64,000 nucleotides of DNA. It comes from Azolla caroliniana (taxonomy: Eukaryota > Plantae > Polypodiophyta). A program made the position numbers and the translations under genes. Shown in pieces: positions 50,601-64,000 of this stretch. Every line of letters begins with the position of its first letter. Position 1 is the first letter of the stretch. Location: the NCBI GenBank assembly GCA_043228905.1, contig JBHGNT010000015.1, positions 9,548,001 to 9,612,000 of the forward strand, given 5' to 3'. The notes beneath the pieces were generated by a model. It made no database searches. It was not told where the DNA came from and was given only the letters and a program-made list of their open reading frames with translations.

Positions 50601-51771
50601 TTCTGCAATACCATTTTGTTGAGGAGTTTGTGGTGTTGATTTTCGGTGGTGAATTCCTTTGGATTTGCAAAAATCCATGAGGGCATTGGAATTGTATTCG
50701 CCACCTCCATCAGTTTGTAGAAATTGTATTTTGCATTTAGTTATATTTTCAGCTAATGTTGAGTAATTTTTAAGTGCTTGAAGTGCTTGGTTTTTTTGTC
50801 TTAAGAAATGTAATAACAGTGAATCTACTATAGTCATCTATGAAACTGATGAAGTAATGTGATCCAGTTATTGACGGTGTCGGGAAAGGGCCACAAAGAT
50901 CACTATGGACTAATTGCAATGGGAATCGACTTCTACTTTGTCGTACTGGAAAAGAGTGATGAGGCATCTTCCCAAGAAGACACCCTTCGCAGAGGTCTAG
51001 AGAAGTTGTGAATTGATCTTTAGGGAGACCAATAACCATGTTTTTTGGTTGTAGAGTTTTAATGGCTTGTAAATTTATATGTGCAAGTCTATGATGCCAT
51101 AAGATGCTAAGATCATGGTTTTCTTTTGTGGATGCATAAAGTGCTTCTATGTCTGCATGTGTTGGTGGACATGGAATGCGATAAAGCCCTTTATCAAGGC
51201 GCCTACAGATGTACTTTATTTTCTGTCCATTTTGTGACTTATGCTTAATTTGTGCATATGTTTCTTCAAATTTTATGGAGGTACCATTTTTGGTTGCTTG
51301 AGAAACTGATAATAGATTTTTCGTGATTCCAGGAACAAAATAGACATTGTCTACTGTAAGGAGTTGATTGTCTTGTAGGAGAAAGCTTACGTCTCCTTTT
51401 GCTAAGGCATTTAGGTTGCCATTATTACCAAACACAACAGGGATTGGTACGGGTAAGGAGTTGTAGTTTCTAATAGATTGTTTATTATTTGTCATGTGAT
51501 GGGTGGCACCAGTATCGAAGTACCAAGTGTTGTCTGGTTGTTGTTTTGTATTGATTTCTGGAGTTGAATCTTCCGCAAGGAAAACTTGCAAGAGGTCATC
51601 ATAACCATCATCATTTTCCTCACTATTTGTTTCAGTTGGGTATGACTCATTTTCTGAAATTTCTTCAGCTAGGTGGGCTTCTACTCGAGATCTAGGTCGT
51701 TGATATGATTGTTTATTTTTCATTTGTCTAAACCTACATTGATTGTTTGTGTGTCCAAATTTATTACAAAT
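47656..51771 (-). mobile_element. 5'-truncated copia element N (zinc knuckle end, PR, INT, RT, RH and 3' LTR)
   Basis: ORFs 50770-51723, 50073-50837, 48242-49954 and 47910-48485 with WYFDTGATHHM, TPQQNGIAERKNR and YVDDF. PPT at 47890-47900. LTR 47656-47889 (TGTTG...CAACA). Confidence 0.9.
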
Positions 51772-52141
51772 TGTTGAGCGGCAAGCTCAACCGGAGCCGG
51801 ATCGGCTGAATAAGCCGGAGCCGGTAAGCGAGACGGATCGGGCGAAACGGATCGGGCGAAACGGATCGGTATGACGGTGAGCAACCGAACCGGCAAGCAG
51901 TGGAGGCCGGGTGCAATCTGTAACCGGAAGTCCAATCGGAAGCCTAGTATAGGATAGACTACTAGGTAGCTATAGTCTCGTAGTAAGTGTCCGATGCTCG
52001 TGTGAGCATTGAAGTACATGGTACTTCTGTCAGTCCCAAGAGGACTTGTATAAATAGTGCTACTTAGCACAGTGTGTGTACAGAGTCTTGATATAATTTT
52101 GAAATTGTGTTCTGCTCTCTCTGTCTCTGTCTCTGTCTCTC

Positions 52142-52176
<35 letters not shown>

Positions 52177-54746
52177 GTTTTACGCTTCCGCAAACACTTA
52201 CGTTTACATGGTATCAGAGCGCGAGGGTTGAGAACCTCTGCTGCAGACATTTACTCTTGAGAAGAAAACCCTAACAGGTCGAAAACAGACACAGTAGAAG
52301 ACATGGATAGAGGCATGGCTACGTCGCTCCCGTTGGAGAAGCTCGACAGGAGCAACTACGCATCCTGGTCTTACAAGATGCACCAGTACCTGCTTGGACA
52401 CGGGTACTGGAGTTATGTCGAAGGAGCGAATGATGCGGCGCCAGACTCGGCACACAAGGACTTCCCGGTATGGGAATAGGCGGCAAGCAGGGTGATGTAC
52501 TGCTTCACGTCCAGTGTCGGCGATCAGCTGCTCAGCCACATCCGTGACGCCAAGACACCGAAGGATGCTTGGGGGAACCTGAGAAAGGTTTTCGCCGCAA
52601 GCACCACTGTCCGGAAGCTGCAACTCAGACAGGAGTTGAGCAATGTTCGACAGAAGAACATGTCCGTGGCAGACTACACGGGCCGGATAAAGGAGATCTG
52701 CGACTTGCTCGCCTCTATCAATGTTACCGTAGAGGAAGACGAGATGGTGCAGGTATGTCTCAGAGGCCTGGCGTCCAAGTTCGGAGCGTTCCGGACTGCG
52801 GTGTGTACACGGGAGAATACCCCCTCATTCTTCGACTTACAGTCGATGCTCCTTGTAGAGGAGAACCACGCCGGTGCATCTACCAGTGCATCCCCGGACA
52901 GCCGAATGCTGTACACGGGAACGGATCGGCTCCATGGGCGTGGTGGAAGAGGTGGGTCGGCACGCAATAGAGGCGGCCGGCAAGAGTAGGAACGGAGGCA
53001 CTATGAGCGTGCCGACAGCAGTTCCGGGACTTCCACAAGCAGGGGGAGTTAAGGCGGTGCCGGAGGCCGGCAAGACAAATCCGCTACGGAATGCTGGTAC
53101 TGTGGCAAAAAAGGCCATAGGGAAAGCGAGTGCTGGAGAAAGCGTGCCAATTCGGACAAATCCGGATCCGGCAAGACCGGTAAGGATGGCCGGCAAAACT
53201 CGCACTACGCAAACGGATCAGGAGGATCCGGAATCGGAAAGGCCGGTAAGGGGCCAGCCTTGGTGATGAATCACAAGGCAAACTCAATGAAGAAGACCAC
53301 TTCCAAAACGGAGGAAGTGTGGTATGTTGATTTCGGCGCGTCGAACCACATGACGAGCCACAAAGAGTGGTTCTCCTTTCTGGAGAAACCGGATCAACCA
53401 GGAGTAGTCGAAACCGGAGACGACACTCCTCACCCAATCGTGCACGTCGGAGAAGTCCCTCTGAGCCACGTTGGACAGAAAGGGAAGCTGATGAACGTAT
53501 TACACATTCCGACAATCACGAAGAACTTGGTGTCCGTCGGTCAGATTTTCGACCAGGGGATGCAGGTGCGGTTTACGCACCTCGGGTGCTTCATTGAGGA
53601 TGAGGGCGAAGTCATTGCGCAAGGGCGCAGAGACGGGAGGATGTTTATCCTCAACACCAATGACTTTGGCACCGCTCTGTTCGCGGAACGACAGAAGGTC
53701 GAGTCGGACATCGACCTGTGGCACAAGCGGATAGGCCACGTCAACTACCGGAGGCTTCAAGACCTGCAAACGAAACAAGTCGTTTTCGGTTTGCCGAAGT
53801 TCAGCGGCCGGAGGGCCGAAATTTGTGAAGCCTGCCAACTTGGGAAGCAACACCGGCTTCCATTCCCCACCGAACGGAACCGGAGCCATAACAAGCTCGA
53901 TCTCATCCATTCAGATGTGTGGGGACCGACACAAAGTGTAAGCCTTGGCGGGAGCCGATACTTCGTCTCCTTCATCGACGACTATACTCGGCATACTTGG
54001 ATCTACCTCATTGAACGGAAGAGCGAAGTCTTCGACTGTTTCCGGAGCCTCCAGAAGATGGTGGAACGGGAATCGGAGAGGAAGATCAAATGCCTTCGGT
54101 CGGATGGCGGAAAGGAATATTTTTCCGGCCAATTCACTAGTTATCTGCAGCAGAAGGGAATTCGGCGAGAGTTCAGTTGCAGATACACACCGGAGCAAAA
54201 CAGTGTGGCCGAAAGGAAGAACCAGACACTCGTCGAAGCGGCAAGGGCAATGCTGGAGGAGAAGAGCATGCCCCGGTTCTACTGGGCGGAGGCGGTCCAG
54301 ACGGCCGTCTACATACAAAACCGCATTGGTGACAAGGTGTCAGCTCATGAGCTGTATTTCGGGTGCAAGCCGAACTTAAGTCACCTTCGGATATTCGGCA
54401 GCATAGCGTATGTGCATGTGCCGGATCAGAAGCGGAGAAAGCTGGATGCAAAATCGGAAAAATGCATCCTAGTTGGCTATGCTCAAGAGCAAAAGGGGTA
54501 TAAGTGCTATAATCCCCGGACGAAGGAACTCCGAGTTAGCCAGGATGTCGAGTTCGATGAATCGGCATCTTGGTACTCCGTACCGACTCCGACTTTCGGT
54601 CCCGACCCAATGCCGGAAGATCAGGCCAGTGAGCCTGAATCAGCCCTGTCAGAGGATGGTGAAGCCGGGACTCAAGATGAGAGTCCGGAATCGTTTCGGT
54701 TGAGTGGACCGAACGAGCGACTGAGTCGGTTGGACCAGTCGGATGA

Positions 54747-57700
54747 TGTTGGGATTACGGTCCCTTCGGATGGGATGGTCGGATATCGGAGATGAATGCC
54801 GACAAGCCCGGTTGCGGTTTCGGAACCGGATGATGAAGACCTCGGCTTCGGAGCCGGATGACGAATGTACCCGGAGAGAGATCCGGATGCGGGGACATAT
54901 CTGTGAATATGTTTGCCAAGGGCCCTTGAGGCTATAGTTGTAAATAGCCCCAAAGTCATATGTGTATAAATATGACTTAGGGCAAACAGTTTTAATGTTG
55001 CTACTCATTTTTCTGTTTTTCCACTCAAGAGGAGTGAAGAGAGAGCAGCCGTGAGAGAGATAGAGCGAGAGAGAGGAAGAGGTCGACGCCTCTGTGTATT
55101 TCCGCCGCCTGTGGCGAGGACAGTGAGCTCAAGGTCGTCGCTTTGCAGCACGCCATTGTATACTTCTCTGTGCATAGTTTTGGTTCGGAGTCTTGTACTC
55201 CCGTGGTTTTTCCCGTACAGGGTTTTCCACGTTAAATCGTGTGTCCACTTATTTACTTCTGCATTTCCCATTTTCTGCAACAACGATTCGTGTGTTTCCT
55301 TGGTTGTGGCCGAGAGGTGAAGTTTGGAAAGTGTCGATTAATTTTCCATCAATTTGGTATCAGAGCGAGCTGCTGCAGAAAATGGAAGGCGGCGGCAGCG
55401 GGCAGCCGGGGATGATGGTGCTGAATGCGCAGAATTACGCCGACTGGAAGATCAAGATGGAGGATCTTCTGATTGTTCGGGACCTGTACGAACCGATTGA
55501 CAGGTCGGAAATACCGAAGGGAGTACTTGAGTCGGAATGGAGGCTTCTGAACCGGAAAGCCGTTGCAACCATTCGGCAATACGTGGACGTGAGCGTTCTA
55601 CAACATGTGGCGAACGACATCAACGCATATGAGATGTGGCGGAAGCTGTCGGGCCTCTACGAGAGGAAGAATGCGTTGAACCGGACCTCCCTGATGAGGA
55701 AGATAGTGAACCTCAAGTACCGGGACGGCGAGAGTATGGTGGAACACGTAAGCACGTTCATGGGATTCGTGAACCAGCTTGCGGCGATCAAGTTCCCGCT
55801 GGAGGATGCAATGCAAGCCATCATTCTGATGTGTACACTGCCGGAAAGCTGGGAGAACTTGGTGGTGACTCTCAGCACCTCCTACACGGAAGATAACTTG
55901 TCCCTACAAACGGTAAAGACAAGTATTTTGAACGAAGAAGCGCGTCGGAGAGATAAAGAACCGGCCTCCGACTCGAAGGCGCTGCTTACCGAATCGGAAC
56001 GGGGAAGACAATGGAACCGGAGTCCGCAAAGACGGGAGAAGTCGGGGACCCGGTCGCAGTCAAGAGGAAGACCCACATGCTTCCACTGTGGGAAGCCGGG
56101 GCACTTCCGGAAGAATTGTCTGCATTACCGAAAGGACAACGGAGCCGACGACACCGATTCGAAGAGGTCACCGGAGAGAAACGGTGCATACCGGGGAGCC
56201 ACGGACCGGAGAGGTCCGGATCGGCGAGGGCAGGACCGGAAAGGAACGACGGCACTCGCGGCAAGTGAGGAAGAAATCATGCTCATCACCGAAGAAGGTG
56301 AACTAAACATTGCCGGCGATGAGACGACCTGGGTGGTCGATTCCGGAGCATCGTTCCACCTGACCCCGGAAAGAAGATACTTCTCATCCTACACAGCCGG
56401 TGAGCATGGCTGTGTTCGGATGGGAAATGAAGGTACGTGCCGGATTGCCGGCGTAGGAGACGTGTGGTTGACAACCTCGACCGGATGCAAAATGCTGCTG
56501 AAGGATGTCAAACACGTTCCGGAGGTTCGATTGAACTTGATTTCGGTCGGGAGGCTAGACGATGAAGGCTACACAGGTAGCATCCGGAACGGCGTAATGA
56601 AGTTCAGCAAGGGGAGCCTGATAGTGGCTCGAGCCCGGAAAGTCAACACACTGTACCTTATGAATGCCTGGTTGTGTCCGGAAGAGTTGAACGTGGCAGC
56701 CGACACTGCCGGTGAGCTGTGGCACAAGAGACTGTGCCACATGAGTGAGAAGGGGATGAAGAGGCTTGCAGAAGACAACCTTATTCCAGTGAAGCATGTG
56801 CACCTGGAGAAGTGCACCGATTGCCTGGCCGGTAAGCAGAACCGAACCTCCTTCCATTCAAGGCCACCGACGAGACGTAGCGCACCATTGGAGTTGGTGC
56901 ACACTGATGTGTGTCAGGTAGAAACGAAGTCACATGGAGGAGCCCAGTACTTCGTAACATTCATTGATGATCACAACCGGAAGCTGTGGACGGCACCGTT
57001 GAAGACAAAGGACCAAGTGTTGTGCGTCTTCAAAGAACTCCACGCGAGAGTGGAAAGGGAATCCGGCAAGAAGCTGAAAGCGATACGAGCGGATAACGGA
57101 GGGGAATACCAGGGGCAATTCGCGGAGTACTGTCGCTCGAAGGGAATCCGGCTCGAGTTTACTGTGCCGAAGACGCCGGAACTGAACGGGCTGGCCGAGA
57201 GGATGAACTGGACCATAATGGAGAGGGTCCGGAGTATGCTGGCGCATGCGAAATTACCCAAGGGGTTTTGGGCTGAGGCAATGTCGACGGCGACATACGT
57301 GATAAACAGATCACCCTCAGTACCTTCGGACGGAGACACGCCGCAGAGCGTGTGGACCGGCAGGGAAGTATCCTACCGGCATCTGAAGGTGTTCGGGTGT
57401 CTCGCATATGTGCATGTGGCTAAGGATCGGAGAGGAAAGCTAGATCCAAAGACCCGGCCATGCATATTCCTCGGTTACGGCGATGACGAGTTCGGCTACC
57501 GAGTATGGGACCCGGTCGACAAGAAGATATTCCGGAGTCGTGATATCATCTTCATGGAGAACAAGACACTCGCCGACTGGGAGTCGGAGAAGAAGATGAA
57601 GAGCTCCAAGTCGACCGGTGAGGATCAACTCTACGAGGAGCAGTCCCGACCGGCAAGGGACCGGTTAGCACTCGAGGATCCGGCCGAAGACGGTGAAGAA

Positions 57701-60068
57701 ACAGAACCGGCCGAAGAAGATGAAAATGATACCGGAACCGGCCCCGATCCCGAAATGGATTCGGATGAAGAAGAATCGGAAGAACCGGTTACCGAAGCTC
57801 CGGAACGGAGATATCCTCTAAGAGAGAGAAGGGCCCCCCGGAGATTTCCGGAACCAGAGCATGTGCTGCTAACCGACGAGGGGGAGCCAGAGAGCTTTGA
57901 AGAAGCAAAGCATGACACCCAGAGCCGCAGGTGGTTGAGTGCCATGCAGGACGAGATGGATTCCCTGCATGAGAACCACACATATGAACTTGTGGAGTTG
58001 CCGAAATGAAAGCGGGCACTTCGAAACAAGTGGGTGTTCAAGCTGAAACCGGGAGATGCCGGAAACCCCCCGAGATACAAAGCCAGGATCGTGGTGAAGG
58101 GGTTTCAGCAGAAGAAGGGCGTCGACTTCGACGAGATATTTGCCCCGGTAGTGAAGATGACCTCCATCCGGACGGTGCTGAGCATAGCGGCAAGCATGGA
58201 CCTCGAGGTAGAACAGATGGACGTGAAGACGGCATTCCTTCACGGTGACCTCGAAGAAGAGATCTACATGCAGCAACCGGAAGGATTCGAGAAGAAAGGG
58301 AAGGAGCACCTGGTATGCCGTTTGAAGAAGAGCCTTTACGGACTGAAGCAGGCTCCCCGGCAATGGTACCGGAAGTTCGACTCTTTCATGACCGACGAAG
58401 GGTACCTCAAAACGCAGTCCGACCACTGCGTGTTTGTGACGAAGTTCGAAGGAGGAGACTTTCTAATACTCCTCCTGTACGTGGACGACATGTTGATCGT
58501 CGGACGGGACCAGGTCAAGATACGGATGCTGAAGAAGGCTCTTCACCGAACCTTCTCAATGAAGGACTTGGGTCCGGTGAGACAAATACTAGGGATGCAC
58601 ATCATCCGGGACCGGAGCAAGAAGCAGTTGTGGCTGTCACAGGAGAAGTACGTGACAAAGGTGCTTAAACGGTTCAACATGTCGGAAGCAAGACCGGTCG
58701 GATCGACCCTCCCGGCAAACTGCAAGCTGTCCAGCAAGCAAAGCCCCAAGACAAAGGCTGAGAAGGAGGACATGATGAAAGTGCCATATGCCTCTGCCGT
58801 CGGAAGCTTGATGTACGCAATGGTGTGTACAAGACCGGACATTGGATACGCAGTCGGAGTGGTAAGCCGGTACATGAGCAATCCCGGCAAAGAGCATTGG
58901 AACGCGGCCAAGTGGATACTCCGATACCTGAAGGGCACGGCAAACGTGTGCCTCCGATTCGGCTCCGGTAAGCCCGAACTCGACGGCTTTACCGATTCGG
59001 ATATGTCGGCTGATGCAGATACCAGCCGGTCCACATCAGGGTATGTGATGACGTATGCAGGGGGAGCTGTTTCATGGCAGTCGAGGCTGCAGAAGACGGT
59101 TGCGTTGTCAACCACGGAGGCGGAGTACATGGCGGCTGTTGAAGCCGGCAAGGAAATAATATGGATGAAGGACTTCATTAGAGAGCTTAGTATCCAGCAG
59201 GAGGAGTACCGACTCTACTGCGACAGTCAGAGTGCCATCCACCTTGCGAAGAACGCGGCCTATCACTCCCGGACGAAGCACATCCAGCGAAGATATCACT
59301 GGATCCGGGAAAGGATAGAAGACAAGGAGTTCGTGCTGACGAAGGTCCACACGGACGAGAACGGGTCGGATATGCTGACCAAGGTGCTCACACCCGACAA
59401 GCTGGAAGCATGCCGGAAGAGGATCGGATTGGAGAGACATCCCATGCCGAAGTGAAGGGGGAGTTTGTTGGGATTACGGTCCCTTCTGATGGGATGGTCG
59501 GATATCGGAGATGAATGCCGACAAGCCCGGTTGCGGTTTCGGAACCGGATGATGAAGACCCCGGCTTCGGAGCCGGATGACGAATGTACCCGGAGAGAGA
59601 TCCGGATGCGGGGACATATCTGTGAATATGTTTGCCAAGGGCCCTTGAGGCTATAGTTGTAAATAGCCCCAAAGTCATATGTGTATAAATATGACTTAGG
59701 GCAAACAGTTTTAATGTTGCTACTCATTTTTCTGTTTTTCCACTCAAGAGGAGTGAAGAGAGAGCAGCCGTGAGAGATAGAGCGAGAGAGAGGAAGAGGT
59801 CGACGCCTCTGTGTATTTCCGCCGCCTGTGGCGAGGACAGCGAGCTCAAGGTCGTCGCTTTGCAGCACGCCATTGTATACTTCTCTGTGCATAGTTTTGG
59901 TTCGGAGTCTTGTACTCCCGTGGTTTTTCCCGTACAGGGTTTTCCACATTAAATCGTGTGTCCACTTATTTACTTCTGCATTTCCCATTTTCTGCAACAA
60001 CGATTCGTGTGTTTCCTTGGTTGTGTCCGAGAGGTGAAGTTTGGAAAGTGTCGATTAATTTTCCATCA
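54747..60068 (+). mobile_element. Young full-length copia element O (Tork/Tnt1-like)
   Basis: LTRs 54747-55351 and 59466-60068 (about 5 substitutions and one 2-bp indel). Perfect TSD GATGA. PBS iMet at 55355-55366. PPT AAGGGGGAG. Confidence 0.97.
55382..59455 (+). pseudogene. gag-pol polyprotein of element O with a single in-frame TGA at 58007-58009
   Basis: ORFs 55193-58009 and 58034-59455 are in the same frame. CFHCGKPGHFRKNC, WVVDSGAS, integrase, YVDDM and RNase H motifs are all present. Confidence 0.93.
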
Positions 60069-63000
60069 GATGAAGAGACGGCAAGTGGTGGAGACTCTGT
60101 CGTGCTCTCCCCACGCAAGGAACCAAGGAAACGGTTCACGCGCAAAGAGAAAGGGAAGAGGAAGATGCCGGAATTCGAAACCAACAACGATGAGTCGGAT
60201 CGGTGCGTATCCGACTCCGGAAAGGAGAAAGGCGGATCTTCGGCAACGAAGACCGAACTGGCCAAGAAGGGCCTCAAATCAGGTGACGGTGCGTTGCGCC
60301 GATCAACCCGCCAGAAGGATCCCGTCATACGGTACGGGTACAATGAATACATGGCACATCATTATGCGTACATGACTAAGGTGACAGAAGTGCGTGAGCC
60401 GGAGAGCTACACAGAAGCGGCAAAGGACGCAAATTGGCGTGCCGCTATGGACGAAGAAATGCGGGCACTCGATGCCAATGAAACCTGGGACCTAGTTGAT
60501 CCTCTCCGTCACTGTAAACCGATCGGATGCAAGTGGGTGTACAAGGTCAAGTACAATGCCGAAGGTTCTGTTAACCAGTACAAAGCCCGGTTAGTGGCGA
60601 AGGGATACGCGCAGAACCACGAAATCGACTACGACGAGACCTTCGCTCCTGTGGCGAAGATGACGACGGTTCGTGTGGTACTGGCGGTTGCCGCGGCAAG
60701 GGGGTGGCATCTTCACCAGATGGATGTGAAGAACGCCTTCCTTCAAGGAGAGCTTGAAGAAGAAGTCTTTATGACTCAGCCCCCTGGATTTCAATCGGAG
60801 ATGAAAGAGTCGGCTGAAGAAGTCCCTTTACGGCTTGATGCAAGCCCCCCGAGCCTGGAACGCGAAGATCACGCACCGGTTGCGTAAGCTGGGGTTTGCT
60901 GTCTCTAAGTCGGACTCTTCGTTGTTCATCCGGCAAGGCTCTCACGGTCTGGTATGTATACTCTTGTATGTGGATGATTTAGTCATCACCGGACCGGGTC
61001 TTCCCGAAATCAACCGCGTCAAGTCCCAGTTGTCAGACGCATTCGAAATGAAGGACCTGGGGGACCTTCATTATTTTCTTGGGATCGAAGTGATCCGGAC
61101 CCCCGACGGCATATTGCTCTCACAACGACATTACGTGTTGAATATGCTGTATAAGTTCGGCATGACGGATTGCCGACCTGTCTCCACACCCCTGGACCGG
61201 AACCAGAAGCTCCGTCCCAACTCCAGACCAGCCTGCAATGAGAAATGGTTCCGACAGGTTGTGGGAAGCCTGATCTACTTAACCATCACCCGACCCGACA
61301 TCAGCTATCCGGTCGGCATGGTAAGTCAGTTCATGCAGAAGCCGACCGTGGAGCACCTTCAGTGCGCGCAACGAATATTACGGTATGTCAGCAACACTAA
61401 GGACCGGGGACTGCTATACCGGCGAGGTATACCCGAAGAGCTTGTCGGTTACACAGATGCTGACTGGGCCGACGATGCGTTTGATCGCCGCTCCACTTCC
61501 AGATACATGTTCTCCATAGGTAGCGCGACCGTTGCGTGGAGTAGCAAGAAGCAACCCATAGTGGCTTTGTCAAGCACTGAGGCTGAGTACCGGGCCGCTA
61601 CCGTTGCCACTTGTGAAGCCATCTAGCTTCGGCGACTGCTGCGAGACTTGCGGATCGAGGTACCGACCCCGATCCCGATTTACTGCGATAACATGAGCAG
61701 CCTGCAGCTCGCCAGGAACCCTGTGTTCCATGCTCGCACAAAGCACATCGAGGTGCACTACCACTTCGTGCGTGAGCGGGTCCTGAAGCGATGAAGTTGA
61801 CCTACGGTATGTTCATACGGATCGGCAAGTTGCCGACATCTTCACCAAGCCGCTCGGATCAGACAAGTTGCAACACTTTACCGACATGCTTGGTATTCAG
61901 CATCTCGACGTGCCGCACTTGAGGGGGAGAAGCAAGGGCAAAGTCTCTACCGAAACGGGCAAAGGCCAAAAAACTGTTGAACCCGTCGGTAAGAGGAGAG
62001 CCGGAAGAAGAGGAGACACGAAGATGAATGAAGCCGAGTCGACGAAGGAAGAGTTGTGAAGAAGAGTTGGTCAGAGCAAGCGGCTGTGAAGAAGAGTTGT
62101 GCACTCAAGAAGAGAAGTGCATGCTGTGCGGAGGTCATCACGACGGTACTGACCATGATACAGAGTCGAATGAAGAATTTGATTTCGGTTCACCGGCTGA
62201 AGAAGCCGAGGGAAGCATAGAGAAGGCCAAGACTCGGAAGTGTTCCGATGTGGTGAGAGGCCTGATGCCGGAAGTCGAATCGGAGTGTACCGATTCGGAC
62301 AAGAGCTGGAACGAGTCAGAGACAGCTGACTCGGATCAACAGATGGATCCGGATGAGACGGATCGAGTGAAGGCCAAGGGGACACGGACACAGCGGAAGT
62401 CAATGCCATCGCGGGAGAACCGACGGATCGGCAAGCGCGGGAGTCACAGCAACGTGAGTGCCGAGATGGGCCTATTGAGCAGACATGCCGACCGAGAGGG
62501 TCGAGGCGCGCAGAACCAAAGGGGTCGCGGCAAACGGGACTGGACCGGACGAGGAGCGCGAGCAAGGCGGAGTGACGCCAGGAGAAGTCAGTTGGAAGAA
62601 CCGACTGCCACAGAGGTCGACACTACGACCCCACCTTAGGTTGAGCTTGAGGGGCAGTGTTGAGCGGCAAGCTCAACCGGAGCCGGATCGGCTGAATAAG
62701 CCGGAGCCGGTAAGCGAGACGGATCGGGCGAAACGGATCGGGCGAAACGGATCGGTATGACGGTGAGCAACCGAACCGGAAAGCAGTGGAGGCCGGGTGC
62801 AATCTGTAACCGGAAGTCCAATTGGAAGCCTAGTATAGGATAGACTACTAGGTAGCTATAGTCTCGTAGTAAGTGTCCGATGCTCGTGTGAGCATTGAAG
62901 TACATGGTACTTCTGTCAGTCCCAAGAGGACTTGTATAAATAGTGCTACTTAGCATAGTGTGTGTACAGAGTCTTGATATAATTTTGAAATTGTGTTCTG

Positions 63001-64000
63001 CTCTCTCTGTCTGTGTGTCTGTCTGTGTGTCTGTGTGTCTGTGTGTCTGTCTGTCTGTCTGTCTCTCTCTCTGTTGTTCTCTGTTTTACGCTTCCGCAAA
63101 CACTTACGTTTACAATGGAGTTATGATGTTGTTTCGTAGCCACTTATGGGATCATCATAACATTTCGTGGGTAAATCTCTCTTTCTTTCTTTCCCCCCCT
63201 CCCCCCCAATTATTTACATATGTACATATTTGTCTATCAACTATACACCTTGCTCTATTGGTTGACCCCGGATGTTGTTGTTGGTCCTCCGACTTGGTGA
63301 CCTCTAGTACCTGTCCAGTGTTGTCGTTCCGGATTGCCAAATCGTCGGGTCGCCGATTCATGTCCCAGTAGAGCAGAGGTAACATGTATTGATTTTTGAT
63401 TTCAGGTGGCTTGTTTCCCCATATCCTAGATTGCCGAAGTTTGCAAAGTTTTGCGAGACAAAGGAGGACTTTAACAATATATATGGTCTGTTGCTAGAGG
63501 GTATTGACCCTGCTTTCAAACAGATAAATTGATTAGTGATGTAGACTGGTTGTCAATCTATAAAGTGCCTAGAGTGAAAAGCAAGGTGAAGCTCAAGCAT
63601 GTACGACCGGAGCTGTATGACGACTACATGAGGCTCCACCAAAAAGTACATCAAGAGATCGCGGTCAACAACGAGTTGTCCGTTGCTTCAACAGAGCTTT
63701 TGCATACGAGTATTGCAAAACAACAAAGGATGCAACAAACCTTGAAATGTACAGGGTGGCTTGGGCTATTTATGGTGAGGCATTGGTAGAACGATGCTGA
63801 AAGATGGGGGAGCTTGCAACAAAAAATGGCAAGATTCTGGAGCATGGCAATTGATGATGCAACTGCCGACTTCCAACAAAACCCACAAGTTTACACCACA
63901 TCAAAACACAATAAAAGCCAATATCGATGATACAGGTGAGACATTGATTAGCTATATACTGAAAAATGTCCATGAAGCCTGTGAGACATTGGAGGCAACA

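Larger units (their letters stand above)
52303..61930 (+). pseudogene. gag-pol of element H (interrupted at 54747-60068)
   Basis: Gag with stops, PR-INT ORF from 53260, RT from 60069 with a frameshift near 60810, YVDDL and FHARTKHIEVHYH. Confidence 0.9.
51772..63114 (+). mobile_element. Full-length copia element H, split by element O
   Basis: LTRs 51772-52208 and 62658-63114 (about 3 substitutions plus microsatellite length change). PBS iMet at 52209-52220. PPT at 62647-62657. Flanks CAAAT and ATGGA do not match. Confidence 0.93.

Noticed and set aside
55193-55381. N-terminal extension of the 938-aa ORF
   Set aside because: It lies in the LTR and PBS and starts at a non-ATG codon. The ATG at 55382 is the plausible start.
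58000-58035. Programmed read-through of the element O stop
   Set aside because: The position is inside RT at a normally Gly codon, so a point mutation is simpler.
63120-64000. Short ORFs at the right end, such as 63529-63789
   Set aside because: Stop-interrupted with no recognisable motif. Probably a decayed element, but it cannot be assigned.

Overview
Eukaryotic plant genomic DNA, probably from a non-seed vascular plant such as a fern or lycophyte (inferred from Tcn1-like chromoviruses). Most of the window is a stack of nested Ty1/copia and Ty3/gypsy LTR retrotransposons, many resolvable to LTR, PBS, PPT and TSD. It surrounds one intact 13-exon host gene (37417-44440), a DDX24/MAK5/RH13-type DEAD-box RNA helicase of about 800 aa, with a deleted hAT element about 200 bp upstream. 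Main observations: (1) Two diverged copies of an unknown coiled-coil ORF each end in a tRNA-Arg 3'-end motif directly against an LTR-like TGTTA terminus. (2) Two chromovirus families have different PBS sequences, each complementary to its own predicted transcript start (self-priming). (3) tRNA-like Pol III box motifs recur in three unrelated TGTCATG-type LTRs. (4) A conserved hairpin encloses the PPT of two copia families. (5) A young gag-only, three-LTR gypsy derivative sits in the integrase of a related element. All coordinates were read by eye and may be off by a few bases.
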